Positions 13,791 to 26,055 of a stretch of DNA of 64,000 nucleotides are shown here, piece after piece. This DNA is from Nitrospirales bacterium (lineage in GTDB: Bacteria > Nitrospirota > Nitrospiria > Nitrospirales > UBA8639): assembly GCA_965203295.1 (NCBI GenBank), contig CBDBCZ010000018.1, positions 2,304,001-2,368,000 of the forward strand. The letters run 5' to 3'. Within the stretch, counting starts at the first letter, position 1; the number at the start of each line of letters is the position of its first letter. The notes under the pieces are model-generated. The model was not told where the DNA came from, did no database searches, and saw only the letters and a list, made by a program, of their open reading frames with translations. A program made the translations under genes and the position numbers.

Positions 13791-14127
13791 CTTGTATATA
13801 CCATAGTTGTAAGTCACTTGAAAGGCACTGCCACAGTGTACAAACCACAGTGTACAAACCCCATGTACTTAGGCGGTGCCTTTCAAGCCAGGGTACATAA
13901 GGGTTGCTGGGCATCTGTGGCTTCTTCTCAAAACTGTGAAACAATTAGCGGGTACTATAAAAGCTACTATGGCACAAGTCATCTGTACCACGGGTTTCAA
14001 AGGTGTATGGGATTTGTACTATAGTGCAGTTGTATGTCTTCCCTGGGCTTCGCCCTCAGGAAGACATACAACTGCCCTCAGGTACAAATCCCATACACCT
14101 TTGAAACCCACGGTACAAATATAACAT
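13791..14127. mobile_element. Non-autonomous element with subterminal inverted repeats and a 134-bp terminal hairpin
   Basis: Left cttgta(ta)taccatagttgt, right ctatggcacaagtc (13967-13980), then hairpin 13984-14117 with gggcTTCgccc loop. Same layout as 42303-43050. Confidence 0.55.
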
Positions 14128-14907
14128 GTACAAATTACTTCTGCCTACCATGACAGATATACGCCTAGTGACAACTCCCATGCAAATAAGTGTGGCAAGG
14201 GGTTAGACCCAGTCAATATAAAATGTAGCTGCGGGAGGGGGAGAACCCAATACACTTTAGCAATCATTCTGAAGCTCTGGCTTTTGTGCTTAGCTTCTAT
14301 CGAGACTTCTACATGTATACTGCTGTATATACTGCAGGATTGACAAGCCTTTTAGCATTTGTAAGGCCCAAAGTGGGTTCTAGCTGTAAGCCTAGTACCT
14401 ATCAACCAAGTGACTCACCAGCTAGAGGGCAGAAATTGACAGGACATGAAAAGAGACACTACCAAGGTTAAGCTTTCAAATGAAAAGACTTGTACCATTT
14501 CTATCCACTAGGGTTATTGCTTACAGCGGAGCGGCCAAGGCCGCGGAGTGTAGAGTACTACGTATTTTGGGTTTGTAGTGTAGTAAAATGTAATGTACAT
14601 GTAATATTCGACCACAATACGTGACATAGTACTCGCTTCAGGGGGCCTTCTGTAGAGTGGTGTGGTAGGCTGAGTGGAGTAGTTTCTATACTGCAGAACT
14701 AGTCTTGTGCCCAGCCTCACCTCAGAAAGGTGGGTCTGGTGCCCTGTATATTCAAAGTTGGGCAGTATTACTTCAGCGATTCCACTTCTCAACCGGCAAT
14801 GCAATTGGTTTATTCTGGTATTATATCACCAAACGGATATCACATTTGCAGTAGGCAGTAGGCGCCACGTGGATACTGAAACTGTGACATCCGTTTGGGT
14901 GATGTGC

Positions 14908-15511
14908 TAGCCTCGTGCCCAGGCTCATTGCATGGAGGAAAATTTGAGCCTGGTACACACTGTTCGCGCATGCGCAAGAATTTACGGAAAAGAGTCAGTA
15001 AACGTATTCGTGAATGACCTCAGCCACGTGGTAAGGAGTAGTACGGAGCAGCATACATGTATAGTAAGCGGAAGAACTAGAAATTAGCTCGTTCTGCCTT
15101 TTTCCAACTTCAGATAGCTTTGAAACCAGTTTAAAAATAGCAATAAGACCTGTACCTTTCTATCCGCTAGGTTTATGGTACATGTCTTACCGCAAAAATT
15201 CAGAGGCGCCTCCCTTTTGGTAGTGGCTCGATTTTCGATCGCAGATCTGGTCTTCTAGGCCTTCCAGAAGCAAACGGGATCGAAGAATCAAACTAGCAAT
15301 CACCTTTTTTAGGCATCTACATGGCTTAAAATGCTCCCAGATGCTTATAACTCGCCAACTACTCTAGTGTAACGAACAGTGATAGACGGATAAGCGCTGT
15401 AGTATCTGCTAGTTTCCAAGACCCCAGAAATCCAGGGGGAACTGAGCATGCGCAAACAGTGTGTACCAGGCTCAATTTGCCTCCCACGCAATGAGCCTGG
15501 GCACGAGGCTA
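14908..15511. mobile_element. Academ-like MITE, TIRs of about 70 bp, perfect 9-bp TSD
   Basis: tagcctcgtgcccaggctcattg...caatgagcctgggcacgaggcta; TSD gtgatgtgc at 14899-14907 and 15512-15520. Confidence 0.9.
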
Positions 15512-16247
15512 GTGATGTGCATGTCTTTAATACAGAGGTGTCCTTATTTCAGGGGTGTCCTTTAAGAGGGGTTCCAATGTATACTGCCTCCGTACCACGT
15601 GGTTGAGGTAATTCACGGATACATTTGCTGTATTCCTTGCACAGTGTATCAGGCTCTACTTTCCTCCCCCGCAAGAACCTGGTCACAAGGCTACCTCCAA
15701 GGTAGCCATTTTACCAAGGTAAACAACCTAAAGCACTACAAAACTTTGAGCTCATGTATCTAGGCAAAAATCAATGAACAAGTGTGGTGTGGCGTGGAAG
15801 TCATGAACAATAAATTATGATTGCGACTGGTCTATGGGAGTGCTTCCAGGCCTAGACACCAAATTTAGCACACACATCAATCACGAACTCAAACAGCTAG
15901 TTAGACAATACCTCAACAGTCAATACCTATGGACATGCCCCATGAAAATGTTACTAAGCGTCTGGATTATGTATCAGCATAGGGGAAGGAGGTATATTAT
16001 CTATGGTATCAGTTATTACAAGAGATTTAAGGACAACGTGAGGGAATAAAGAACTCTTAAACCTGAAATACATGCTTCAACGCTACAGTATCAGACACCA
16101 AAAACACTGGATATGTAGCTTACATGATGGATTCACTTCGATCAAGACTCCACTCTCTAAGGCAAATCGTAAGCACGTGGAACGTCAAAGGGACACGTGG
16201 ACCGCTTAATTAATGTCCGTGCACGCTATACGAGTGCTGCAGCCAGT

Positions 16248-16404
16248 ATGGAGGAATTAGGATCTCCAGCAAGGCGACTAGCTGTGATCCCAGGCCATCT
16301 GAACGGTGGAACGGAAATTCACCCCAGTGCATGTGTTGCTGTGAGATCTAGTGTTCCGATTTCCAGCAGCAAGCAGAAGTACAGAAGGCCTTACCCCGGC
16401 GAAG
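16248..16404 (+). CDS. Probable first coding exon of a peroxisomal PTS2-targeted protein; no downstream exons found
   Basis: MEELGSPARRLAVIPGHLNGGTEIHPSAC...: RL-x5-HL is the PTS2 consensus, followed by a Cys; ends at donor G|gtatgc. Confidence 0.6.
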
Positions 16405-16450
16405 GTATGCGTGCTGCTGTAAATTTAGTGTTCATGGTAGTTGTATAGAC

Positions 16451-16467
16451 CATAGATTGTATCTATG
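16451..16467. mobile_element. 17-bp CATAG...CTATG mini-element or footprint with 7-bp TSD (P-superfamily-like)
   Basis: tatagac [catagattgtatctatg] tatagac. Confidence 0.65.
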
Positions 16468-16687
16468 TATAGACATGCTGGATGCATTGTAGACCCACCT
16501 AGTCGTAGGACTCGTAACTGATCGTGGGCGACTTTTAATATGAACGAACCCCTCCCCCTTTCTCATAGTGCCAGGTTATGAGCTACTACTAGCTCCTAAA
16601 AATAAATGATATTTTGCCAGGAATATACACGCATAATGTCCCTCAGCAAATTAGGCAGGACTTGTTACACTGTAAGTAGTCCCCCCC

Positions 16688-16803
16688 TAGTCTAGTTAGC
16701 TATCCCCAACTTCTACCCACCTTGGGATCGCTTGCAGGATCTTGGCCGAGATCCTGCAAGCGATGCCAAGGTGGGTAGAAGTTGGGGATAGCTAGCTAGA
16801 CTA
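16688..16803. mobile_element. Fully palindromic 116-bp MITE, TAG...CTA ends, 9-bp TSD (Academ-like)
   Basis: tagtctagttagctatccccaacttctacccaccttgg...ccaaggtgggtagaagttggggatagctagctagacta; flanks gtccccccc / gtcctcccc (8/9). Confidence 0.85.
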
Positions 16804-17459
16804 GTCCTCCCCCCACCCTCCACAGTGGTCCCTCCAGACCATCTGTCACAGAATAATTGGTTCCCCTCGGACCATCTGTGGCACTGTACATGGTCCCACT
16901 TTATCGTAAATGGTCCCCCCATTTATCCAGCTACAAATGCCATCTCAATTGCTCTGAAACTGTAACTTTGATTGATGGAAGACAGCTAGTAATAGCAACA
17001 GTTGTATTGTCCTTGGCATCACCCAGGATAAATCATTTTATGCATGCAAGATTTTTTTTTAAGTAGCATGTGGACAACTAGCTAGCTGTCGCTGCAAATT
17101 TAATTTACCCCGTGGAAGTAGCAATGGAGTAAAATTTCATGCGTGTACGGTTTTTACGCTCATAACTCGACAACACGGTAATGGGAGGCCACAAAAGCTA
17201 TGCAGGGCTAGAGTATAGAAACTGGAGAAAGCCCAGAAACAAAGTTTTGTCGGTGTGTGCAGTATTTCCACCGTACAGGCGCTATATTTACTAACCAGCT
17301 TGAAATGCATTCACGGTAAATCTCTCCGAATCCAAGAGACAGATGCTGCTAATGCCACGGCTGTATCTGTAGGTCTATAGGGTGCATGTCCAGACATCGA
17401 GAATGAAGACTTATCGCCCTTCATTAGAGAGAAATGGCTGCAATTCTGGATTTGTGTAA

Positions 17460-19020
17460 ACGGCTCTGTGCTTTTTCGTGAGTGGGATTTATGGAGCAGA
17501 GTGGGTTTTGATGGGAGTAGTGTTGCTGTGGAGATTTGGGTTGGCTGTAGCGTGGGGCGTTGTGTTTTGTGAAGTATGTAATCGTTGTGGATGTGGATGT
17601 GAGGGTGGTTGTTGTGGTATAACGGTTGAGGATGGTGATGATTGTGGATGGTGGTATGTGTTGAAGGGTGTTGTGTATGGGTGTGTGGTATGGTTTGTGA
17701 TGGGTGTGGTTGGAAAGATGTAGGGATGGTAGGTACGCGGTAAATACATCGCGCTGTGATGTGTGGGTAGTCTGTGCACGCCTTCCGGTGTGCATTGTCG
17801 CTTGTTTCGTTGGTTTTGGGGAAGTGTTTATTGCTGGAACTGCATCCCTACATGACCGGTTTTTGCACTTTTTGGAAAGTGCTTTTTCTGTAACTTGTTT
17901 TGGGGTGTTTTTTGGGAGATGGCATGAAAGGATTTGGAGTATTATGGAGTGTTGATGTTATTAAGAGTGGGGTTGGCCAGTAGATTTCTGAGTTTGGATT
18001 GTTTTGTGTTTGTGTACAAGGATGTACATGTGGGGTGTTTTATTGTGTATAAATAAGTGTTGTGATGTATAGTGTTGCAGATGTATGGAAGTATGTGAAC
18101 GTGTTGGCACGAGTAGAATGATACTGGGTGTTGTTGAGGTCATCAGTATAAAGTGCAGTGTTGTGTTGGGTGAATTGGGTGAGAAGGTCCTCAAATGCTT
18201 GCTCGAGGTGAACTATGGCAGCTACTTCTGCTTCAGTGACTGTGTTGCACTCACTACTACAGTGCCATTTCACAGGCTACTGGCCCTTACTGCCTTCATA
18301 TTCAGAGCTGCTGATTTCATTGGCTACTACACATCTGCCATTTGTCATCAATGGGAAGTGCACAGGCTCTCTGAACATGCTGATAGGCTGAGTCGTTGAA
18401 CTAGGCATACTGCATGCAAAGTACCTTGTAATTCCAAGAAGATCAGCTAACACACGAATTTCAGGCACTTTCGCACTTCCACTCGAGAAAAGGACCGGAC
18501 AGCACGATCCAAGGTAGGCTTTCAATAGACCACTAAACACGCGCTGGCAGGCAATTTGCGCATGCGTAGTATCTTCCTACAGTAAAACGGCGTGTGAGTG
18601 GCAAGCGTCCACTCGAGAGTGCTCGTTATCACTGCTGAACTAATTCGAATTTTTTTTTAAAACGCTGTGCCCAAAAGGCACTACCCGAGGGTCAATCATG
18701 CCCGTTCATGTTGGAATCTTGCTGATCACTTCGCCCATTCTCGTGTTAGCCTGGCTGAAAGAATCTGACTAAGACCGAGATAGACGGAATCGGCGGTTTT
18801 AACCACTTGCTGCTTTGGCATTTCAGGGATGTTCTTTAGCTGTACTACCACTCTGGTTAGTGATGACCACATCTGAGACTAACTGGTGCGTAGGGCTCTT
18901 ATTTGTCCTAGACTACACCCACAGCAGAGTTTTGAACATGTCATTTAATACGCATTTAATGGGGAGGCCATTTTTTATCAGGGCCATCCCTACATATGGA
19001 GTACTACCGTACTTCATGAT
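17460..19020 (-). mobile_element. Diverged inverted second copy of the element at 2515-4390
   Basis: Reverse-complement similarity including the terminal hairpin atggagtactaccgtacttcat (18996-19017) and the shared peptide ADLLGI.RYFAC.MPS. Confidence 0.7.
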
Positions 19021-20169
19021 AGTGACCAGTTCTCTAGCTAATATCACAGCCGCTTGTAGCCTCTGACTTACCGTAGGTTTCCTCGTGACATCATCAACAT
19101 TACTTCCGGTCGAAATTATAAGAAAGCTTACTGATACTCTTCTGGGTGTTTTTCGAACTCTACTAGAAAACTACAAAGTAGCAGCTGTGTCCGTTCTTTG
19201 AGACACTACCTGAGGCTACTGAAGGGACCAATATATATGCTTTTGGCTATTTTGTATGTCGGAACCCAGAAAAGAGCATTGTAAGTCTTGTTGCTGAGCG
19301 CCTTAGCGCGAGGCAATTAATCTTAAAGTGCGTCGGTCGAATCTGAGCTAGTGTATATATATATATATATGTAAATGTCTGTAACGCTTTCGGCCCAGGG
19401 GACCACCCCGGGGGCAGGCACATATTCAAGATGGCGTCTTCGCCAAGTTACACGGCTTCAAATTTTGTGCTGCTGGTGCATGAACGATCAGAGAGTTAAT
19501 CAAGTCGATCACTGTGTTTTACCAAGGCTGTCTTATTGCAGCTCCAATACCACAAGGGTTTCAGTAGCCTCTGTTTCAGCAGAGACATGATGGCCCGATG
19601 GTATCATGGCAAATCGAGCGCTATGAACAGGAGCAAAGCCCAGTGACTGTGTCAACCATAGCTGTGCCTTGGAAGTGCGTTTCAGACAGAGATATCCGTC
19701 TACTGAAAGCGTAGTCGCGTTGTCGTACCCAGCATATTCAATAACTTCTCTCTTCACACGGACTCGTACTCTAGTGGGTTTGGTCACCTCTCCACGTGTC
19801 TCTGCGCGAGGCCTCACTGCGCATGCGTATGTCTAGTATATATTAGTATATGCATACATGTAGGCCTGCTCTCGAAATTTTCCTTCAAAGTTCACACCTT
19901 CCCAGTGTTAATTCAGCTATTTGCTAGATAGTCTTTGTTGCTAGCTGCTATCTTTTGTCTATTGAGCGCAGTACTCGTTCAAGTTTGTTCGATCGCGGCA
20001 CGTGTGTGTATTGAGTACCTGACAATGGAACACCATTTGGAGTGTCTAGAAAAAGTTATGCAGACTCTGTGGGGCTATCATATCTACCCACCCACAAACA
20101 AATGTTCATGCTCAGTATTAGTGACTGTAGTTAAGAGTTTATATTATTAAGCTGGAAGAATAAATTATA

Positions 20170-21015
20170 CAAGTAGTTGTGCTCGCTTCGCTCGCACAAC
20201 TACTTGTGTTTGTTGAACTCGCTCGCTGCGCTCGCTCTATACAGATAGAGATTAAAGATGTAATCTGCATGTGATTTGTTGGTTTGTAGGGTACATTTAG
20301 CTAGTAGTGTTGCTGGCAGACTGAAGTGTGGAGACAGCGCTACAGAGAAGACTACAATCAGCTGTAAAACAGTTTAGGCATGCTGGGACTACAGCGTAGC
20401 TCTTCACAGCCATAGCCTAGCTACATATCAAGTGAATGGCACTGATTTTATTCTCAGCATGGCTACTTGCATGTTCACCACATTCTAACCAGAGGCAGTG
20501 ACTCAGAGGAGAGACTACAAACAGCTGCTTGACCAAACAGGCGAGCTAGCACTGTAGCCTAGCTATACCGCAGGCTACATGCAGGCGAACGGCACCGACT
20601 CCATTTAATGCACATCGACATGGTTAGCCTAGCATAGCAGTTATATCTCTGCTTGGCTTTCACTTACAGCTAGGACTATACCGCAACTAACCTTTGTGTT
20701 AAAGTGCCTGACATCGTGAGACTAAGTCTTGTAGTCGCTGGAAAGAGCTAGCATCTTCTCGCACTTCACATACAGACACGTGGTACTTTGACCTGTGACC
20801 GTGAACTGGTCACAGGTCGAAGGTGCATCCGGGAGCGCGCGCATGCGGCTTCCGTTTCCGTTTTTCACACGTACGCACGGACGGACGGACGAACGGACGG
20901 ACGGACGGACGGACGGACGGACGGACGGACGGACGGACGGACGGACGGACGGACGGACGGACGGACGGACGGACGGACGAACGGACGAACGGACACAACC
21001 AGGCGTAATAATAGA
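20170..21015 (-). mobile_element. Non-autonomous Helitron with (GTCC)n microsatellite
   Basis: Minus strand A|TCTATTATT...GTGCGAGCGAAGCGAGCACAACTACTTG|T: 5' TC, 3' hairpin, inserted between A and T with no TSD. Empty site ttgcca|tataattt in copy B at ~46716. Confidence 0.9.
20877..20994. repeat. (ACGG)n microsatellite inside the Helitron
   Basis: Directly visible; it generates the RTDG/SVRP ORFs. Confidence 0.98.
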
Positions 21016-21730
21016 TGGCAATCAGGATGGTACTGGTTAATTAAACATGTGGTTGCTCTTTCTCTTATCCTCTGACTGGAGGTCTTGCAAGCTCCGCCTG
21101 TGTATGTGGGTGCGTGGTCAATGATATAAGCGTTATGGCCGCCACATGATATATATATTATAAGCGACTGCACAGAAGCAGTGAACTACAAACATGCTAG
21201 CTATGTAGTGTAGTACAGTCTTCATTCTTTTTTGAGTACTGCTTTGCATATACAGCACCTGGTGATGCTACACAACTGAAGTAGTTGTCATGCAGGATAT
21301 TCATTGTCACTGAACTGTTTCTACAGGGTGATAGTGCTTTCACTTTATAAAGAAACTATGGGGCATTGTAGCCCTTTGTGGTTGAATTTTCAATAGCACC
21401 TTTTACTCTACAATACAGCTTGCTAGATTTACATGTAGGTTCTTATCATTAGAGGCTTGAAATAATTATTGCTGAGAATAATAGCAAGACATTAGCATAA
21501 AGCATGATTCTAGAGTAGTAGCAAACCTCATCGTTTATTGGTGGCGTGTGCCAAGATGAGTGGGCCAGCCCTGCCCTCCCACCGGCAATGCAAGAGGACT
21601 GGCAATAGTTTTCTTTGGTCGAGTGGCTAGCTAGCACTCTATGATAGTATCAATAGCGTCTGATCAAGTGATCGGTGTATTAGTGTCATCATACTTGTCT
21701 TTCCTAGAATGCTCACTTTATTAATAATTT

Positions 21731-22174
21731 TTACCAGCCGGAGCGCGCGCAGCGCGCGGTCGGCTGGTACTAAGATTACTTTACGTTTTCCGCGTCTGTT
21801 TGTTTGTCTGTTTGTGCGTCCGCACTTATCACGTGCGCAATATATTACGTCATACGTTACTATGCAACTGCAGTGTACAGCAGCGTTTGGAGGTTTGCAG
21901 GCCAAGCTACAGCAAATGAAGGTAGTTTTGTGTTACCTAGATGGCGAAAACGTGGTAGGTAGCCGTGAAGATCCTGGTTTCTGGGCATAATATTATAGCT
22001 ACTAACTAGAGGCGCATGACGAAACTGCTGAGTCAGCACTTTCGCTGTACCGCTCTAGGAATATAGTTTCTCTGACTCTACAGCTGTAGATTAGTAGTTT
22101 GGCCTAAGCTGAGTTGTGTATATTGTACGGGAAAGGCATCCGGCTGGTTTTTTAGACATGAAATGTCAGACTTG
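21731..22174 (+). mobile_element. Helentron-associated non-autonomous element (HINE/DINE-1 architecture)
   Basis: 5' subTIR accagccg with adjacent inverted copy, (tgtt/tctg)n tract, 3' subTIR cggctggt, stem-loop gacat-GAA-atgtc; inserted in a T run. Absent from copy B (aataattt|ttgttac on the minus strand at ~46000). Confidence 0.85.
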
Positions 22175-23320
22175 TTGTTACAGTGTAGGAAAAGCTGTTA
22201 CTTGAGAAGTAATTTGAAATAAAAATCAAAGAATTGGAGAATAGCATTTTATCTCAAGCCTACTCTTCATAATTTGAGATAATGCTGATTGAGCTTGTAA
22301 ATTATTTTGCATATAACTGTATCAAAGCGTTCAACCCTGTATTAATCACCCTCTTGTGTTGATCCCATTATTTCTTTGTGGTGTCTGCCAGTCAATACAG
22401 TACATACAGCGTGGCTTCCAGGAGCAGAGCAATCAAAGCCTGTGTACATGTATGAACAGCAGTAGATCAGCCAAATGTAATGACTTGGGAATGTTGTAGT
22501 GTACACTGCCTCCACTTGGCAGCCATTACTTGCATGAACAGTATGTCACTTTTGCTACATGTACAGGTATATGTCAGCCCATATACATGTAGTTTGTCCT
22601 TTCTTCCAATGGCTACAGTTCTGCTCTCTGTTCATGTGGACTCTTAGTAGTGATATTTATAAACGACAAGAAAGTACATCTGGCTACAATATGTGCGCCC
22701 AGGCTATCAACTTGGCAGTTTTCAATGCACATCACATTGAAATGGGTGCATGGTACTTTATTGGCTGTCGCGTGCATACACCCTGAAGCATTAGTCAAAG
22801 AGGCCATGCAATTTGTAGCAACACCTAAGAAAGAGGTATGTATGTATATGCAGATCTGAAGTTTACAATATAGTTGGATAGGTTACTGTATACAAATTAA
22901 CTGTTCCTAATTATACATTGCAGTATGTTTATGGTTACTAAGTAAGTGGAGATACTATTAATACCTTACACTTCCATGGACAGCATCTGTTAGGCTGCTA
23001 ACTAGCCAGTAGTTGTATTACACTAGCACGTTCACATACATACATACATACATACATACATACATACATACGTACATACATACATATGTGTACGTATGAT
23101 AGGTTTTGTGTGAACCACAGTGCAGCTACGTAGCATGTGTTGTGTACGTATTCTGCAGCAAGACAAAACGTTCCAAGGCCTATAGTCATAACTTACAGAT
23201 TCTAACTCCATTTTAATACTGGTGACATCTCTAGCTTAATAAGTCAGTTGTACTGATGGTACTTATCTATGTTCTAGCACAAGCCTTCAGCATGACTCTG
23301 ATTTACGTACTTCCATTCAG

Positions 23321-25245
23321 GATGATGAGCGGCTCCTGGCTGAAGTCGCCAGGGTTTTACTAGAGTATCGCCATTCATCCTCAGCCTTTTAAGTGTGTCA
23401 TATGACCAGTAGCTCGTAGTAAAACTGGAGGCACTTGGTGCACTCAAGAAACAAGCATAACCTGGGGTGTGAAGTATATTCCTTATCGAGATTCTAAGCT
23501 GACACGGTTGCTGCAGGACTGCCTTGGAGGCAACTGCAAAACCACCCTCATTGCTACCATCATACCTCTCTCTAGTATGTAGGTATGCATAGTCACTCAA
23601 TACACTCAAATTTGCCAAAAGGTACTGTCCATGTATATAACATAAGTGCAATGAATTATGTATGCAGCAATAACCCAGTATAAGATTTGAGGTACGCATG
23701 TACATACGTATATACCAGTATCCAGTACTTATTTGCACGTAATTACACCCACAATGAAAATGTAGCATGAGAATTTACTCTGGTGTAAGGGAAGCATGCT
23801 ATTATTATCCTCCAATAAATGTTACATGCAAATACGTAGCAGTCTGTTCACGTACATATTTCATACTGGTAACGGTTGAGTTGTACACGTATCTGCTGGC
23901 AGCCATCACTACTAGCACACCTAGTGTTGTGTTCAGAGTCACTGGCTAATTCTGTTTTCTTCAGATTGGTTTGTCTTTACACTTTTTAAAACATGCTTCT
24001 TATCAGTTCTTTCTTAGCAGTATTCTCTCTCTATATCCACATTTGAATACTCAGGGCAAAAAGTAGCATGGACACTGCGCAGATCAACAAGGACATGTCA
24101 CAGAAAGCATTGCTGTCAGCCTATCAGCAAGAGATCACAAAGTTGAAGCAACAGCTTGAACACAGGTTCATACTATTAGTAGGATAATTAAGATATAACC
24201 CACGTCAACAGCTAGAACACGTGTACAAACATATTAGCTATTTGCGATAATTGAGATACAGCCTACATCTACATATTGCTTCTATAGGGAGAATACTTTG
24301 TGTCATGAAGAAATTGAGAGGCTGTAAGAGAAAGGGAGGAAGCTTAAAAGGAAAAAAAATGAGAAGGGTGGAATTTAGACAAGTCTGCCGTGCTGAATCT
24401 ACTGCTGTTGAAACGATTCTCCCAATACCTCTCCTTCATAGGCAGCAGTTCTGGAGGCCCACCAACAGCTAATGAGTCAAGCTCAAGCTGAGAGAGATGC
24501 CTTGTATGGCAAGATAGCAGACCTGGAAAAAGTGGTATATAAAAGCCATTTGTGAATGATGTATGTAGAGAAGTAACATACATATGTGTGATATGTGCAT
24601 ATGCATGTTTTTGCCAAATTACAACTGATCATGTTAGATGTATACGTATATACTACCAGCAACCAGCTGCAGGGTTTTCACGAACCATTTAATAGCCTGG
24701 TAGACTAATTGAGTCAACTCTTACCCATGTAGTTTGGATGCAGGGGATGCTAATATTTCGCAGGGCCTGAGATTGTTCCTATTCTGTCTGACATTAACAT
24801 TATAAAGCTTTCCACTGAAAATCTTTGTAAAGGTTCAACCCCACCACTTGCTATGTACATACATAGCAAGTGAAAGATTAATATAATCACGAGTTGTCAT
24901 TAATTGCACATGCACTAAACTAATCTATCCCAGAAATTATATGGTAAACACCTACAACAACTCCATTGAAAATCAGTAGCACTTAAACTTACGTATTGTG
25001 GTACGTATAATAGAGAACATATTGCAATACAATCAGGTAAGCTGGCCACAAAAAAGAAATTGTACCCAAATTCTTTGACCCATACGTATATCCCAGCTCT
25101 AGTTTAGTCAGTTGATTTTGTATTGTGAGTCTGCACCATGCACTCCACCTTCAAGTCCATCTCCAGGCTGCAATTCCTCCCTTAGCTTGGTAAAGTACTT
25201 CCTCTCATTCTCCACCACTGCACTCTCATCTTGCAGCCTTTGTGA
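23321..25245 (+). pseudogene. Kinesin fragment (motor C-terminus, neck, coiled coil), copy A
   Basis: [29 protein letters not shown] at 23475-23561; exon 24055-24165 RAKSSMDTAQINKDMSQKALLSAYQQEITKLKQQLE; coiled-coil exons near 24288 and 24442 (AAVLEAHQQLMSQAQAERDALYGKIADLEK). Frameshifts, no motor N-terminus, one exon inverted. Confidence 0.85.
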
Positions 25246-25893
25246 ATGTACAGTGAAATAGAGTGATGTGTGTGAAAAAAGCCTTTCACCACAAAATATC
25301 TTACAGTGAAAAAGAAACATATGGAGAGAAGAAAAAAGACCAGTTTCGACCAAATATTAAGTGAATAACAGCTCAGCTCTTAGCTAATCCTATGTACAAA
25401 TAAACAGTAACCTTTTGCTCATACTAAAATCACAAACCTTACGATGGGAGCCCAGCCCTCGGCTTTGAGTCGCAGATCCAAGCCCTTCTCAGGTAGCACA
25501 AGCCGTCAATACTTACAAACCAGTCTCCTTATTATAATCTTCTTCTTAATTAATTAATTTCACCATCCCACCACCTCACCGCTTTGCCACACACTATCAC
25601 CTTTTCTCCAATTTCCCTACCATCACAGATAGGCAGTAATTAATACAACTATGTCCTATCTCAGGCACACTTTATGTAATGCATACCTAACTCTTTAAAT
25701 TGTATGTTTGTGGGAGGGGGGGGAATCAAAAGTAGATAACTAGTCTTTGTCGTTTTGAAGACGCGAGACTGTCATTATTTTCAGTATAAGTCTATGTACA
25801 TCAGTGTTTCCTTTGAAAATACTGCTGCACAGCTTTGAAGGTAAAAATACATATAAAAATGTTTTGTACATTTCCACTGATTGGATAAAATAA

Positions 25894-26055
25894 TTGGGGC
25901 GAGCGTGAGCGAGCCCCCCCCCTTAGTGGTATGAATGGCGATTTTGTCTGTACGTACGGATGCTTGGTCCTATATACCGCAAATACTTCAAAAATATCTA
26001 TTTCAGTGTCATGCCCTCGCTAACGCTCGCCCCACAATGCTCTGCATTTACTAGT
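25894..26055 (+). mobile_element. Short HINE (Helentron-type) insertion unique to copy A
   Basis: subTIRs tggggcgagcg / cgctcgcccca, 3' stem-loop atgc-tct-gcat then ctagt; absent at the equivalent sites ~57620 and ~33110. Confidence 0.8.

Noticed and set aside
19256..19836. Possible Helitron-like element ending in CTAG|T
   Set aside because: No clear 5' end, second copy or empty site in the window.
20722..21173. Six overlapping ORFs with RTDG/SVRP repeats
   Set aside because: Artefacts of the stop-free (ACGG)n microsatellite inside a Helitron.
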